Notes: a model not told the origin generated them from the letters alone. A stretch of 64,000 nt of DNA from a bacterium (GCA_043719295.1 JAYSUD010000001.1:28943-92942), one strand, 5' to 3'. Shown: positions 40,013 through 48,817, counted from the stretch's first letter. Numbers and translations: made by a program.

Positions 40013-40450
40013 CGTTGGAGACGCACAATCGGTTTTCACTAAACATGATTGCAAGCACAGCTAATGCTGAGGCAAAAGAGTTATGCTCTATGACAGCAAC
40101 AGAAACTGGGATGGGAAATTACAAGATAGTTTTGTGTCGGTGTTGGAGTGTTCCAGCGGTTTTTTGTTGAACATAATATTGCACACGGCAAGCCGAGGTG
40201 CAATATTATGTTCTTTGGCAACAACAAAAACCGGGTGAGAAAGTGTGGAACACTTTCGCAAGACTCTTTGAGAGACTTTGTGAGAGAAGCGAAATAAAGT
40301 ATCCAATGAGTGGACAGCTTCTGTTAAGAAGATAAATTCGCAATAGTCGCTACTTCTTACAGAAGCTGTTTAGGTCGTCACTATTTTATTCAAAATAGTA
40401 GTCAACCTCTTGCAAAAGCGTCCCACGCTTTTTCACTCGTTTGCTTATTT
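40013..40450 (-). repeat. Family B units (reverse arm) containing two family C insertions (40235-40330 and 40354-40436)
   Basis: GTTGGAG...CAC.GC...GC.GAGG hairpins; ends GTCGCTAC[C]TCGTTTGCTTATTT, the reverse of the B terminus. Confidence 0.8.
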
Positions 40451-40454
40451 TTTA

Positions 40455-40496
40455 TGTGTATAACCCATCAATTATTTTTTACAACAAAGCTACAAT
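40455..40496 (+). promoter_or_regulatory. DnaA-box-like 9-mer plus -10 element
   Basis: TGTGTATAA at 40455-40463, 27 nt, TACAAT at 40491-40496. Confidence 0.6.
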
Positions 40497-40504
40497 GAAG
40501 GAGT

Positions 40505-40627
40505 ACTTGTTGCAGATGTAGTCCTTTAGAACTACTGCGTTACGTCGCGTCGTAACGGGCATCTTCAGCCGGATGTTATGCAACGAGTGTACGTACATAT
40601 CTAGTCTCGTGCCTTGGGCGTGGAGAC
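40505..40627 (+). ncRNA. Candidate structured leader RNA (four-way junction plus hairpin)
   Basis: P1 ACTTGTTGCA/TGCAACGAGT, P2 GTAGT/ACTAC, P3 CGTTACG/CGTAACG, P4 GGCATC/GATGTT, then a GTCTC...GAGAC hairpin. GC-richer than its flanks. Confidence 0.5.
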
Positions 40628-40736
40628 CCGATGCACAACTTCTTTTTGCCCTACCACAAGCAAAATTAAATCTTGAATCTTTGCATACAAACAAAGAAAT
40701 AAGAAAGGTGTGCGTTAAAAACCAACGAAAGAGCAT

Positions 40737-41882
40737 ATGTTGAAAACGGAAAAAACCGTTATATTGCTCAAAACTATTGCAACGGTGGCAGGCTTCGCGA
40801 TCATTTTATGGTCACTTGGTCTGCCGTCACTCCGCTTTGCGGACGCCGCAAACATCACGGATGTTAGCGACACACTCTCAGATTCAGCACCGAGTGCTGC
40901 ATCAGATCACACGCTTTCGTTCGTAACTCCAACAGGAGTTTTAAACGGAGCAACCACAACCATCACGTTTCCAGCAGGATTCACGGGAATTGGTGCACTT
41001 GGTGTTGAAGATGTAGACTTTGCGTCTTCATCTGATATGTCAATTGCAACCACGTGTAGCGGTTCTGAACGAGTAAGATTTATTCCTTCAGGCCAGACGG
41101 TAAGTTTTGTTTTCTGTCCAGGTGACGGAGGAGTGCTTGCAGCTGGTGCTACCACTACTATCCAAATTGGTTTTAATGCCACATTTGGTTCAGCGGGTAA
41201 TTCTCGGATATCGAATCCAGCAGGAGAAGGATCATATGAAATCGGCTTTACGGTCGGTGCATCTGATTCTGGATGGACTCGAGTTGTAATCTTAAGTGAT
41301 GTACTTGTTACAGCGGCTGTTGACACAATCTTTACGTTCGCTGTCGCGGGCTTAGGTGCGGGTCAAACAGTTAATGGGACAACAACAACAGGAATTACTG
41401 GTTCAACCACTATTCCTTTTGGTACACTCGCAGCTGGAGTAGCAACTCGAACAGCACAAAGTCTCACAGTAAATACAAATGCGGCTAATGGGTATGTTGT
41501 CACCGTACAACTTGACCAACCTCTTCAGTCATCAACTGGAGCGGACATTGACGGATTTGCTCAAGGATCGTACACAAATACTCCCGTTGCATGGGTAGCT
41601 CCAACAAGTGTTGTTGGTAGCGAAAACACTTATGGACACTGGGGTATAACTTCTGACGATGCAACCACAACACGAAGCGTAGGAGATGAGTTCAATGCTA
41701 ATGAATTTGCATCAGCAAGCACATCACCTCGCGTAGTTATGAGCCATACAGGACCAACAAATGGTACTATAACTGGCGAAGGGACTACACGTGTAGGTTA
41801 CAAAATTCAGATTGGTGGACTCCAAGAGGCTGGAGATGATTACACTGCTACGCTTACGTACGTAGCAACTCCTACTTTTTAA
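40737..41882 (+). CDS. Secreted surface subunit with WxL-like C-terminal domain (paralog 2)
   Basis: Signal peptide; AANITDVSDTLSDS, SSTGADID, GHWGITS, ends LQEAGDDYTATLTYVATPTF. Confidence 0.78.
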   Translation: MLKTEKTVILLKTIATVAGFAIILWSLGLPSLRFADAANITDVSDTLSDSAPSAASDHTLSFVTPTGVLNGATTTITFPAGFTGIGALGVEDVDFASSSDMSIATTCSGSERVRFIPSGQTVSFVFCPGDGGVLAAGATTTIQIGFNATFGSAGNSRISNPAGEGSYEIGFTVGASDSGWTRVVILSDVLVTAAVDTIFTFAVAGLGAGQTVNGTTTTGITGSTTIPFGTLAAGVATRTAQSLTVNTNAANGYVVTVQLDQPLQSSTGADIDGFAQGSYTNTPVAWVAPTSVVGSENTYGHWGITSDDATTTRSVGDEFNANEFASASTSPRVVMSHTGPTNGTITGEGTTRVGYKIQIGGLQEAGDDYTATLTYVATPTF

Positions 41883-41987
41883 AGAAATAATATACTCGCG
41901 TTACATTATTTTCTTGTACGGTTTATACGAAATATCTGTCGCGTCAGAGAATGCCAGTAAACCGAAAAATTGCAATAGCAAGAGCAT

Positions 41988-42023
41988 CAAAAAACCTATC
42001 TCCCACCACGAGTAGGTTTTTTG
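41988..42023 (+). terminator. Intrinsic terminator
   Basis: CAAAAAACCTA...TAGGTTTTTTG hairpin followed by more T residues. Confidence 0.6.
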
Positions 42024-42030
42024 TTTGTGA

Positions 42031-42584
42031 AATGAGCTACAGAGTGAAAAAGTCTGGGAGACTTTTGCAAGAGGTTGACTACTATTTTGAATAAAATAGT
42101 GACAACCTGAACAGCTTCTGTAAGAAGTAGCGACAATAGCGAATTTCCGTCCCAGTTTCCGCCTTGCCCGAGAGTATAGTTTAGAACCTCGGCGTTAGCC
42201 GTGTTCTAAACTATGATCGGCGGAAACTGCTGGACGTCTCCAAAACTAAAACTAACTCTGTCTACTGTAGCGACTATTCTGAATTTCCGTCAGTGATTTT
42301 TATTCCTAATAAAATCATCGACGTCTCTAAAACTACAATATACTTTGTCAGCAGTAGCGACAATAGCGAATTTCCGCCCCAGTTTCTTTCCTACAGAAAC
42401 GGTTCACTTTGTCACTTTTTCTTCAATATATTAAAGAAAAAGTAGTCAAAGTCTTGCGAAGTGACGTTTAGTCACTTCTCACCTTGCCCGAGAGTATAGT
42501 TTAGAACCTCGGCGCTAGCCGTGTTCTAAACTGTGATCGGCGGAAACTGCTGGACGTCCCGAACGTTTAGTTAAATTAGCTCAT
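42031..42584 (+). repeat. Family B tandem units with two family C insertions (42044-42126 and 42388-42482)
   Basis: Two near-identical CTTGCCCGAGAGTATAGTTTAGAACCTCGGCG.TAGCCGTGTTCTAAACT.TGATCGGCGGAAACTGCTGGACGTC units plus a mini unit. Confidence 0.87.
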
Positions 42585-42615
42585 CTCAAACAAAGTACTA
42601 CTTTACATATCAATT

Positions 42616-42657
42616 TGTGCATAAAACTTCAATTTGAATGTCTACTCACGGTATACT
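42616..42657 (+). promoter_or_regulatory. DnaA-box-like 9-mer plus -10 element
   Basis: TGTGCATAA at 42616-42624, 27 nt, TATACT at 42652-42657, ATG at 42664. Confidence 0.6.
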
Positions 42658-42663
42658 AAACAT

Positions 42664-43674
42664 ATGAAAATCTTTCTCCCGATTTTAGCTTTATTCTTTT
42701 TGGTATGTTTGAAGGCTGACGCGGCGTCACTCTATATGGACCCAAACAACACTGAACTTAAACGTGGTGACACCATTAAGGTTTCGGTACGTTTAGATAC
42801 CGAAGAAGGTGAATGTGTGAATGCAGTAGATGGAGTAATTACCTACACTGAGAACATTCAGCCCGTTGATACCTCCAGAGGCAGTTCAATTTTTAGTATG
42901 TGGGTTGAGGAACCTGTTATTGATAAAGTAAAACGAACTATTACTTTTGCTGGGGGAATTCCAAATGGGTACTGTGGACGTATTCCTGGAGATCCTCGCC
43001 TTACTAACAACATTGTCGATCTCTTATTTCAATCACCGGGGATGCAAATTGGAACAACGGAAAGCGGAAACGAGGCCTTAATTGAATTTAATCCAAGTAC
43101 TCAAGTATATTTAAATGATGGATTTGGAACAGTAGCACAAACCTCTTTTTTCGGCTCAAAAATAATTCTTTCCAAAGACGCAGGTGCTACTCAAATCAAT
43201 CCATGGCAAGAAGCTGTTGTAGATGATGCAATTGCTCCTGAGAAATTTAGTATTGCCCTTGAACGTACAACAAACGCTTTCAGTAATGATTATTTTATTG
43301 TGTTTAACACAACAGACAAACAGTCAGGTATTGATCACTATGAAATAATTGAGGAACCACTTAATTCTAAAAATCTTTTTGGTTGGGGAGCTGAAACTGC
43401 ACCATGGCGTGAAATAAAAAGCCCATATGTACTTGAAGATCAGTCGCTTAACAGTACTATCAGAGTTAAAGCAATTGATAAGGCGGGTAATGAATATATT
43501 GCAATTTATGTTGTGGAAGAAGAGAAGCGAACAATTTCAAAGAATACGCTCTATACAATAGGAGGTGCAGTGATTCTTGTCACAATCTTACTGGGACTTC
43601 TTGTTATTGGTATAACACTTATAAGAAGACGAAAAATGAATGTGGTTATACCAGTTGAAGATTCTATTAAATAA
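42664..43674 (+). CDS. Membrane-anchored cohesin-domain protein
   Basis: Signal peptide; cohesin-like NAVDG...SIFSMWVEEP...ITFAGGIP...LNDGFGT; Ig-like D.QSGIDHYE...VKAIDKAGN; C-terminal TM plus RRRK. Confidence 0.78.
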   Translation: MKIFLPILALFFLVCLKADAASLYMDPNNTELKRGDTIKVSVRLDTEEGECVNAVDGVITYTENIQPVDTSRGSSIFSMWVEEPVIDKVKRTITFAGGIPNGYCGRIPGDPRLTNNIVDLLFQSPGMQIGTTESGNEALIEFNPSTQVYLNDGFGTVAQTSFFGSKIILSKDAGATQINPWQEAVVDDAIAPEKFSIALERTTNAFSNDYFIVFNTTDKQSGIDHYEIIEEPLNSKNLFGWGAETAPWREIKSPYVLEDQSLNSTIRVKAIDKAGNEYIAIYVVEEEKRTISKNTLYTIGGAVILVTILLGLLVIGITLIRRRKMNVVIPVEDSIK

Positions 43675-43678
43675 TCAT

Positions 43679-45442
43679 ATGCAACAACAAACAGTATCTG
43701 CAGTTGCTCACATAAAAAAGCTTATTGTAGTATTTTGTTTTCTCTTTTTCTTAGTATCGATTGACACGGCGTTTGGAGCAACTTTATCAGTTTCACCGGC
43801 AACAGGTGTCTATACAGCTGGGCAAACATTTACTGCTAGAGTTGTGGTCAACACCAGTGGCGCAGCGGTAAATGCAGCTGACGGTACACTATCATTCAAA
43901 CCAAGCGAAATTAGTGTCGTGAGCGTTGCCAAAGGTTCAATTTTTAATCTTTGGACGGCAGACCCATCATTTTCAAACGCAAACGGTACAATAACTTTTA
44001 GTGGAGGAAGTCCAACGGGCTACACAGGGAGCGCTGGTACGGTAATTAGTGTTACCTTTAAAGCAAAGGCAGCAGGCAGTCCCAAAGTCTCATTTTCAAG
44101 TGGTTCAGTGTTAGCAGCTGACGGTAGAGGGACTAACGTTCTTTCAACAATGAATGGAGGAGCTTTTACTATTACTGCACAAGAAACACAGCCACAGGCT
44201 GAAGTAGTTGTTGAATATATAGCGCCAGCGAATACCCCAAGTGCTCCCAAGGTAGAATCAGCAACACATGGAGACCAGACAAAGTGGTATACCAATAAAA
44301 ACGCAGAGCTAACGTGGAGTGTTGGAAGTGACATCGTTGCTGTCCGCACATTACTTGATGCAAACAAAACAACGGTTCCGACAAAAGTCTATGAAGAGCC
44401 GCTTCGAAAAATTTCGCTTTCTGATTTAAGTGAAGGTGTACAGTATTTCCATGTGCAACTTAAAAATGCTGATGGTTGGGGAAAGGTGACTCACTATAGA
44501 CTTGCAATAGATACACAGAAACCAGAATCATTAGAGCTCTCTCTTAAGCCAGATTCTGATTTATCAAGTTCACTTCAAACGCTCAGTATAAAAAGTTCTG
44601 ATGTAACATCAAAAGTTATACGATTTATGGTTCGGATTGATGACAAAGAGCCATTTGAATATATAGACGTACAAGGTAGTTCAACTATTCCGCTTCCATC
44701 TTTGGAGCCTGGGTATCACACTGTTATTGTTGAAGCGTTTGACGAGGCTTCAAACGGTATAATCAATTCTCTTTCATTTACGATTTTAGCATTTGATAAA
44801 CCGCAATTTACTGAATACCCTCAAGAAATTAACGAACAGGTTATTCCAGTAATAAAAGGTATAACACGTCCTAAATCAAAAGTTGTGGTAACGTTAACCG
44901 AACTTGGAGGTGGCACGTCTTCAAACAAAGTGGTAACCCAAGAAGTAACAAGTTCCGATACGGGGGAATTTATATTTATTCCAAACGGCAGACTCACTGT
45001 TGGAGTGTATGAACTTACCGCCGTTGCGGTAGATCAATATGGAGCACAAAGTAGTGTCTCGGATGTGGTGCGTATAGCAGTCCAGCAACCAGGTTACTTA
45101 CGACTTGGTAGTTTTATGGTGAGTTTCTTGTCGGTTCTCATTCCACTTTGTGCACTTGTGGCAGTTATGGTGTTTGGAGCATGGTTGTTGTATCTTAAAC
45201 TCAGATTGTTTAAAAAGGGAGTGAGAAGGGAGTCAAAAGAAGCTGAAGTAATTCTCGCAACTGAGTTTGAACACTTACAAAGTGAAATACTCTATCAGCG
45301 AACACTTCTTGAAGATTCAAGAAAAACAAAAAAGCTCACCAAAGCTGAATTGCTACTCTTTGATACGCTTACTAGTGCACTCATGAAATCCCAACAGAAA
45401 GTACAGAAAGAGATTGAAGACGTTGAACACCTAGTAGAATAA
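43679..45442 (+). CDS. Membrane-anchored cohesin-domain protein with cytoplasmic coiled coil (paralog of 10301)
   Basis: SPATG...GQTFT...NAADG...FNLW...ITFSGGSPT...VLAADGRGTNVL; TM; tail VRRESKEA...KEIEDVE. Confidence 0.8.
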   Translation: MQQQTVSAVAHIKKLIVVFCFLFFLVSIDTAFGATLSVSPATGVYTAGQTFTARVVVNTSGAAVNAADGTLSFKPSEISVVSVAKGSIFNLWTADPSFSNANGTITFSGGSPTGYTGSAGTVISVTFKAKAAGSPKVSFSSGSVLAADGRGTNVLSTMNGGAFTITAQETQPQAEVVVEYIAPANTPSAPKVESATHGDQTKWYTNKNAELTWSVGSDIVAVRTLLDANKTTVPTKVYEEPLRKISLSDLSEGVQYFHVQLKNADGWGKVTHYRLAIDTQKPESLELSLKPDSDLSSSLQTLSIKSSDVTSKVIRFMVRIDDKEPFEYIDVQGSSTIPLPSLEPGYHTVIVEAFDEASNGIINSLSFTILAFDKPQFTEYPQEINEQVIPVIKGITRPKSKVVVTLTELGGGTSSNKVVTQEVTSSDTGEFIFIPNGRLTVGVYELTAVAVDQYGAQSSVSDVVRIAVQQPGYLRLGSFMVSFLSVLIPLCALVAVMVFGAWLLYLKLRLFKKGVRRESKEAEVILATEFEHLQSEILYQRTLLEDSRKTKKLTKAELLLFDTLTSALMKSQQKVQKEIEDVEHLVE

Positions 45443-45452
45443 TTTTAATTTC

Positions 45453-46127
45453 ATGTTTACAGTTACCTCGACAAACAAAAAAACGATACTTAATGCTTTC
45501 GTGATACTTTTTTTGCTATTAGTTTGTGTATTTGTGTATATACGCCAAAATCAAGAAAAATTTGTTGCACATACAAAATTGAAAATTTCTGAACAACAAA
45601 CAACTCTTTCTTCAATTGCGTTGCTTACCTCAAAGGACGGTGCAGACATGGTCGTTTCAAAAATTATTAAAGATTGCAGTCCTGAAAACAGAGCTTTGTT
45701 TGATGAAAAGTTGAGTAACTTACCGCAACTTAAAGGGCAGGAGCTTGTACAAATGGAACAACTTTTTAATGCATGTGGGAATTTTTTCGCTGAACAAAAT
45801 GCAGTAATGGTCGCGCGCCTTACACGTGAGTATGAATTCTATGCTGATCTTATTGAGATCAATTCTGTTGTTGGTAAACGATTTGATGAGCGAGTATACA
45901 AAAAAGAAGAATGGGAACAACTTGTTCTCCTTGCAACCAAACGTAGTGAATTATCAACAAAACTTGTTGACGCACAAGGAGCTATAATTCGAGCACTTAG
46001 AAATAATGTGACTATAGCCTCAGATGTGATGCAGGCGGAACTTGTTGAAGCACAAAAAACAAAACAGGAACTTGTAACTGTAACTCTTGATATTGACTCA
46101 CGTCTGCAACAGATCCTTAATCTATGA
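45453..46127 (+). CDS. Membrane-anchored helical hypothetical protein
   Basis: N-terminal TM, two Cys, heptad-rich. Confidence 0.65.
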   Translation: MFTVTSTNKKTILNAFVILFLLLVCVFVYIRQNQEKFVAHTKLKISEQQTTLSSIALLTSKDGADMVVSKIIKDCSPENRALFDEKLSNLPQLKGQELVQMEQLFNACGNFFAEQNAVMVARLTREYEFYADLIEINSVVGKRFDERVYKKEEWEQLVLLATKRSELSTKLVDAQGAIIRALRNNVTIASDVMQAELVEAQKTKQELVTVTLDIDSRLQQILNL

Positions 46128-46894
46128 CCCTATTTAAAAAAATATTATATTTTTTTTGTGCAAGCTGTCGTCCTAACCGAAGCAGCACCGTTCGTTACGC
46201 CTTTCCACTTGTTTTTACCCTCGCTGCATTCTTAGGCGCTGCAGTTATCGTAACTGATAATAAATCCTTTATTCATCTTGAATCTTCTGTTGCTTCAGTT
46301 AATGCAGGAGAATCATTTCAGATAGAAATCTATGTTTCTGCACATGTTCCGGTTAATGCTGTAGACATCACGCTTGAGTTTCCAAAAAACCAGATTAAAG
46401 TTACAAGTATTGATAAAGGGGAATCAGTGTTGACCTTATGGACACAAGAACCAAGGGTTGAAAATAATAAAGTGTATTTAACGGGAGGTACGTTTAGAAG
46501 AGGTTTTATTGGTGACCACCTCATCGCAACTATCAATGCCCGTGCAATTCAATCAGGTTTAGCAAAATTCAGTGTAGATAATGTTTCACTTCTTGCGGGC
46601 GACGGTTCAGGTTCAAAAGTTTCTGTAACTAAAAATGATAAGGAAAGTGCAACACTCTACATAACAAATGCAGATGGTACTAAAACACAGGGAACTGAGG
46701 CTGTGGGGGTACAGGGAGTAACTTCGGTTGTGATCATAACCGACATTGATGGCGATGGACAAGTTACATTAGCCGATATAAGTCGTTTTATGTCAGCATG
46801 GAATACAAAAACAATCACCTATGACTTTAACGGTGATGGTGCTATGTCGTTTAGAGATTTTGGGATAATACTCGCCGATTCCTTCCTCCGCTAA
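46124..46894 (+). CDS. Cohesin plus dockerin protein
   Basis: TM/signal; cohesin-like VNAVD...LTLWTQEP...LLAGDGSG; C-terminal DIDGDGQVTLADI / DFNGDGAMSFRDF. Confidence 0.78.
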   Translation: MTLFKKILYFFCASCRPNRSSTVRYAFPLVFTLAAFLGAAVIVTDNKSFIHLESSVASVNAGESFQIEIYVSAHVPVNAVDITLEFPKNQIKVTSIDKGESVLTLWTQEPRVENNKVYLTGGTFRRGFIGDHLIATINARAIQSGLAKFSVDNVSLLAGDGSGSKVSVTKNDKESATLYITNADGTKTQGTEAVGVQGVTSVVIITDIDGDGQVTLADISRFMSAWNTKTITYDFNGDGAMSFRDFGIILADSFLR

Positions 46895-46898
46895 ACAA

Positions 46899-47014
46899 AA
46901 GCCTAAAACTGGCACATTTCTGCGTTGCGCTACGCAAAATGTTCCTCACCGTACTATACGTACGACTCGTCACACTTTGCTTGCACGCCTTGAACTGCAC
47001 TCAGTTTTAGGCTT
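46899..47014 (+). repeat. Family A nested-hairpin element
   Basis: Outer IR AAGCCTAAAACTG/CAGTTTTAGGCTT; CATTTCTGCGTTGCG...CCTCACCGTACTATACGTACG...CGCCTTGAACTG. Confidence 0.82.
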
Positions 47015-47057
47015 CTGCACTGAGTCGTAATTTGTTTCGAAGTTTACAGATTTCGAA

Positions 47058-47099
47058 TGTTGATAAGTTAAAACGGGGGATTGGCTAAAAAGGTACAAT
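47058..47099 (+). promoter_or_regulatory. DnaA-box-like 9-mer plus -10 element
   Basis: TGTTGATAA at 47058-47066, 27 nt, TACAAT at 47094-47099. Confidence 0.55.
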
Positions 47100-47167
47100 A
47101 GGTATGTGATGGGGATAGTATACAAATACTTGATACCGTATCCTGCTTAGAACACTCTGCTTTTTAC

Positions 47168-48817
47168 ATGCATCAACACCACAAAGAAAATATAGGTTAT
47201 ACAAAAACAACACTCTATAGTGTGGTTTTTGAAAGTTGGTATGTAAAAAGTGCGGTATTTTCTCTTTTTATACTTTTATTGATTCAACCAATTGCTCCTG
47301 CCTTAGCTTCTCTAGAAGAAGGTGACGCACCAGAGCCATCGTTTATATCTCCGACATTTGACACTCCTGAAGTTATTGTAAATTCACCGGTACCTGAAGA
47401 AATAAAAGAAGCCGAAGTTGTTTCCGAAGATGTGTCTCAAAGTGCTGGTGTAGGTACCGAAGTAACACCAGAACAAACAGCAACAATTGTTGCTGAAACT
47501 GAAACTACTATCCCTCTTCCTGTAACTCAAGAACCTTTACCTAATTCAGTAGAACAAACTCAGAATGCCTCAACCTCAGATACAGAAGTTTCTGTGTTAC
47601 CACCTGTTGTTATAGATGAAGAAGTGATAACAGAAACTGAAGTTCAGAGTAGTTCAACATTGCCAAGTGCAACCACAAGTCCAAGTACGGAATTAGAAGA
47701 AGTAGTTGAGGAAGTTATTCAATCAGAAGAAAGTACAACAACAGTAGCTTCGATTGTCGCAACTTCTACTGATGCGGTATTTGGGCGACCTGCTAAAGCG
47801 TTTGAATTTGATACAAAAGAATGTGCGAGCGTTGGTGACGGTGCCTATTATTGTAGTACACCCAAAGACCTGGTTGATCCGCTACAAGATGGGGTATTCG
47901 CACTTCCTGATAATGATGGCGATTTAGAGATTTTTGTCCGAGTAGGAGGGAGTGAAAATAAACTAACCGACAACAAGGTTGACGATAGTGCCCCATACTT
48001 TGATGCAGTATCGAAACGTATCGTGTGGCACACGAGTATCGACGATAGGTACCAAATCATTTCATACGACACAGAAACAACAGAAAAAACACTGATAACA
48101 AAAACCTCATATAACAACATGGAACCTGTGGCATCCGGCAACGTGACACTGTGGCAGGCATGGATTGGTAACAACTGGGAAATAATGATGTATGACAATG
48201 AAGCCGTAGTCCAGCTTACCAACAATACACAACAAGATGTGTCGCCCCACATGCGAGAAGGATATATTGTTTGGCAAACTCAGTTTACAGACGGGTGGAA
48301 AGTAGCAGTGTATGATCAAAAAACAAAAACCATTGAGTACATAAACTCTGAAGGTGGACTTAAAGTAGAAAACCCACGTTTTGTTTTGGTCTATGACAGT
48401 ACAAACGAACAAGGTGATATACAGACTGTAGGATATGATTTAAATAATAAACAGTCGTTTACACTTGGAAGTCTACCTGCACAGTTACCTGAACAACTTC
48501 CCGAGCCTGACCAAACAGGAGAAACGCGTGCTTTGATACAAAATAAACAAAGTTCAAAAGAAGGTGACACAGAAGTGATTGATATACCCCTCCCATCTTC
48601 AGGTAATACCACTTCTACAGCAACAAGTTCTGTGTCATCTCTTGACCTCAGTGTGGGCACAACATCACAAACAAGTGCGACTTCGTCACCAACAGTAATC
48701 TCTGATGTCCTCATCCCTAGCTACACCGCAACTTCAACCGAGAGTCAAGATGTAATTACCATTCCCGACCTAGTTATTCCACCAAACAGTGCTACAACAA
48801 CTGAAGAAATAAGTTAA
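47168..48817 (+). CDS. Secreted protein with acidic linker and TolB-like beta-propeller
   Basis: Signal segment; Glu/Thr/Pro-rich stalk; repeated LT.N...D..P.....IVW......W.I..YD blades. Confidence 0.7.
   Translation: MHQHHKENIGYTKTTLYSVVFESWYVKSAVFSLFILLLIQPIAPALASLEEGDAPEPSFISPTFDTPEVIVNSPVPEEIKEAEVVSEDVSQSAGVGTEVTPEQTATIVAETETTIPLPVTQEPLPNSVEQTQNASTSDTEVSVLPPVVIDEEVITETEVQSSSTLPSATTSPSTELEEVVEEVIQSEESTTTVASIVATSTDAVFGRPAKAFEFDTKECASVGDGAYYCSTPKDLVDPLQDGVFALPDNDGDLEIFVRVGGSENKLTDNKVDDSAPYFDAVSKRIVWHTSIDDRYQIISYDTETTEKTLITKTSYNNMEPVASGNVTLWQAWIGNNWEIMMYDNEAVVQLTNNTQQDVSPHMREGYIVWQTQFTDGWKVAVYDQKTKTIEYINSEGGLKVENPRFVLVYDSTNEQGDIQTVGYDLNNKQSFTLGSLPAQLPEQLPEPDQTGETRALIQNKQSSKEGDTEVIDIPLPSSGNTTSTATSSVSSLDLSVGTTSQTSATSSPTVISDVLIPSYTATSTESQDVITIPDLVIPPNSATTTEEIS

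Noticed and set aside
40505-40588. tRNA gene
   Set aside because: Cloverleaf-like, but stem and loop sizes do not fit, there is no 7-nt anticodon loop or GTTCRA T-arm, and no CCA end.
39174-40736. Short ORFs at 39174, 39864, 40088 and 40479 (also 651, 1263, 7397, 11713, 31331, 61950)
   Set aside because: They overlap hairpin repeats, leaders or real genes and have no protein-like features.
7681-46894. Cellulosome
   Set aside because: Dockerin-bearing proteins show no recognisable glycoside hydrolase or other catalytic domain, and there is no multi-cohesin scaffoldin.
9762-47066. Replication origin from DnaA boxes
   Set aside because: Boxes are single and dispersed at promoters, not clustered beside an unwinding element or dnaA/dnaN.
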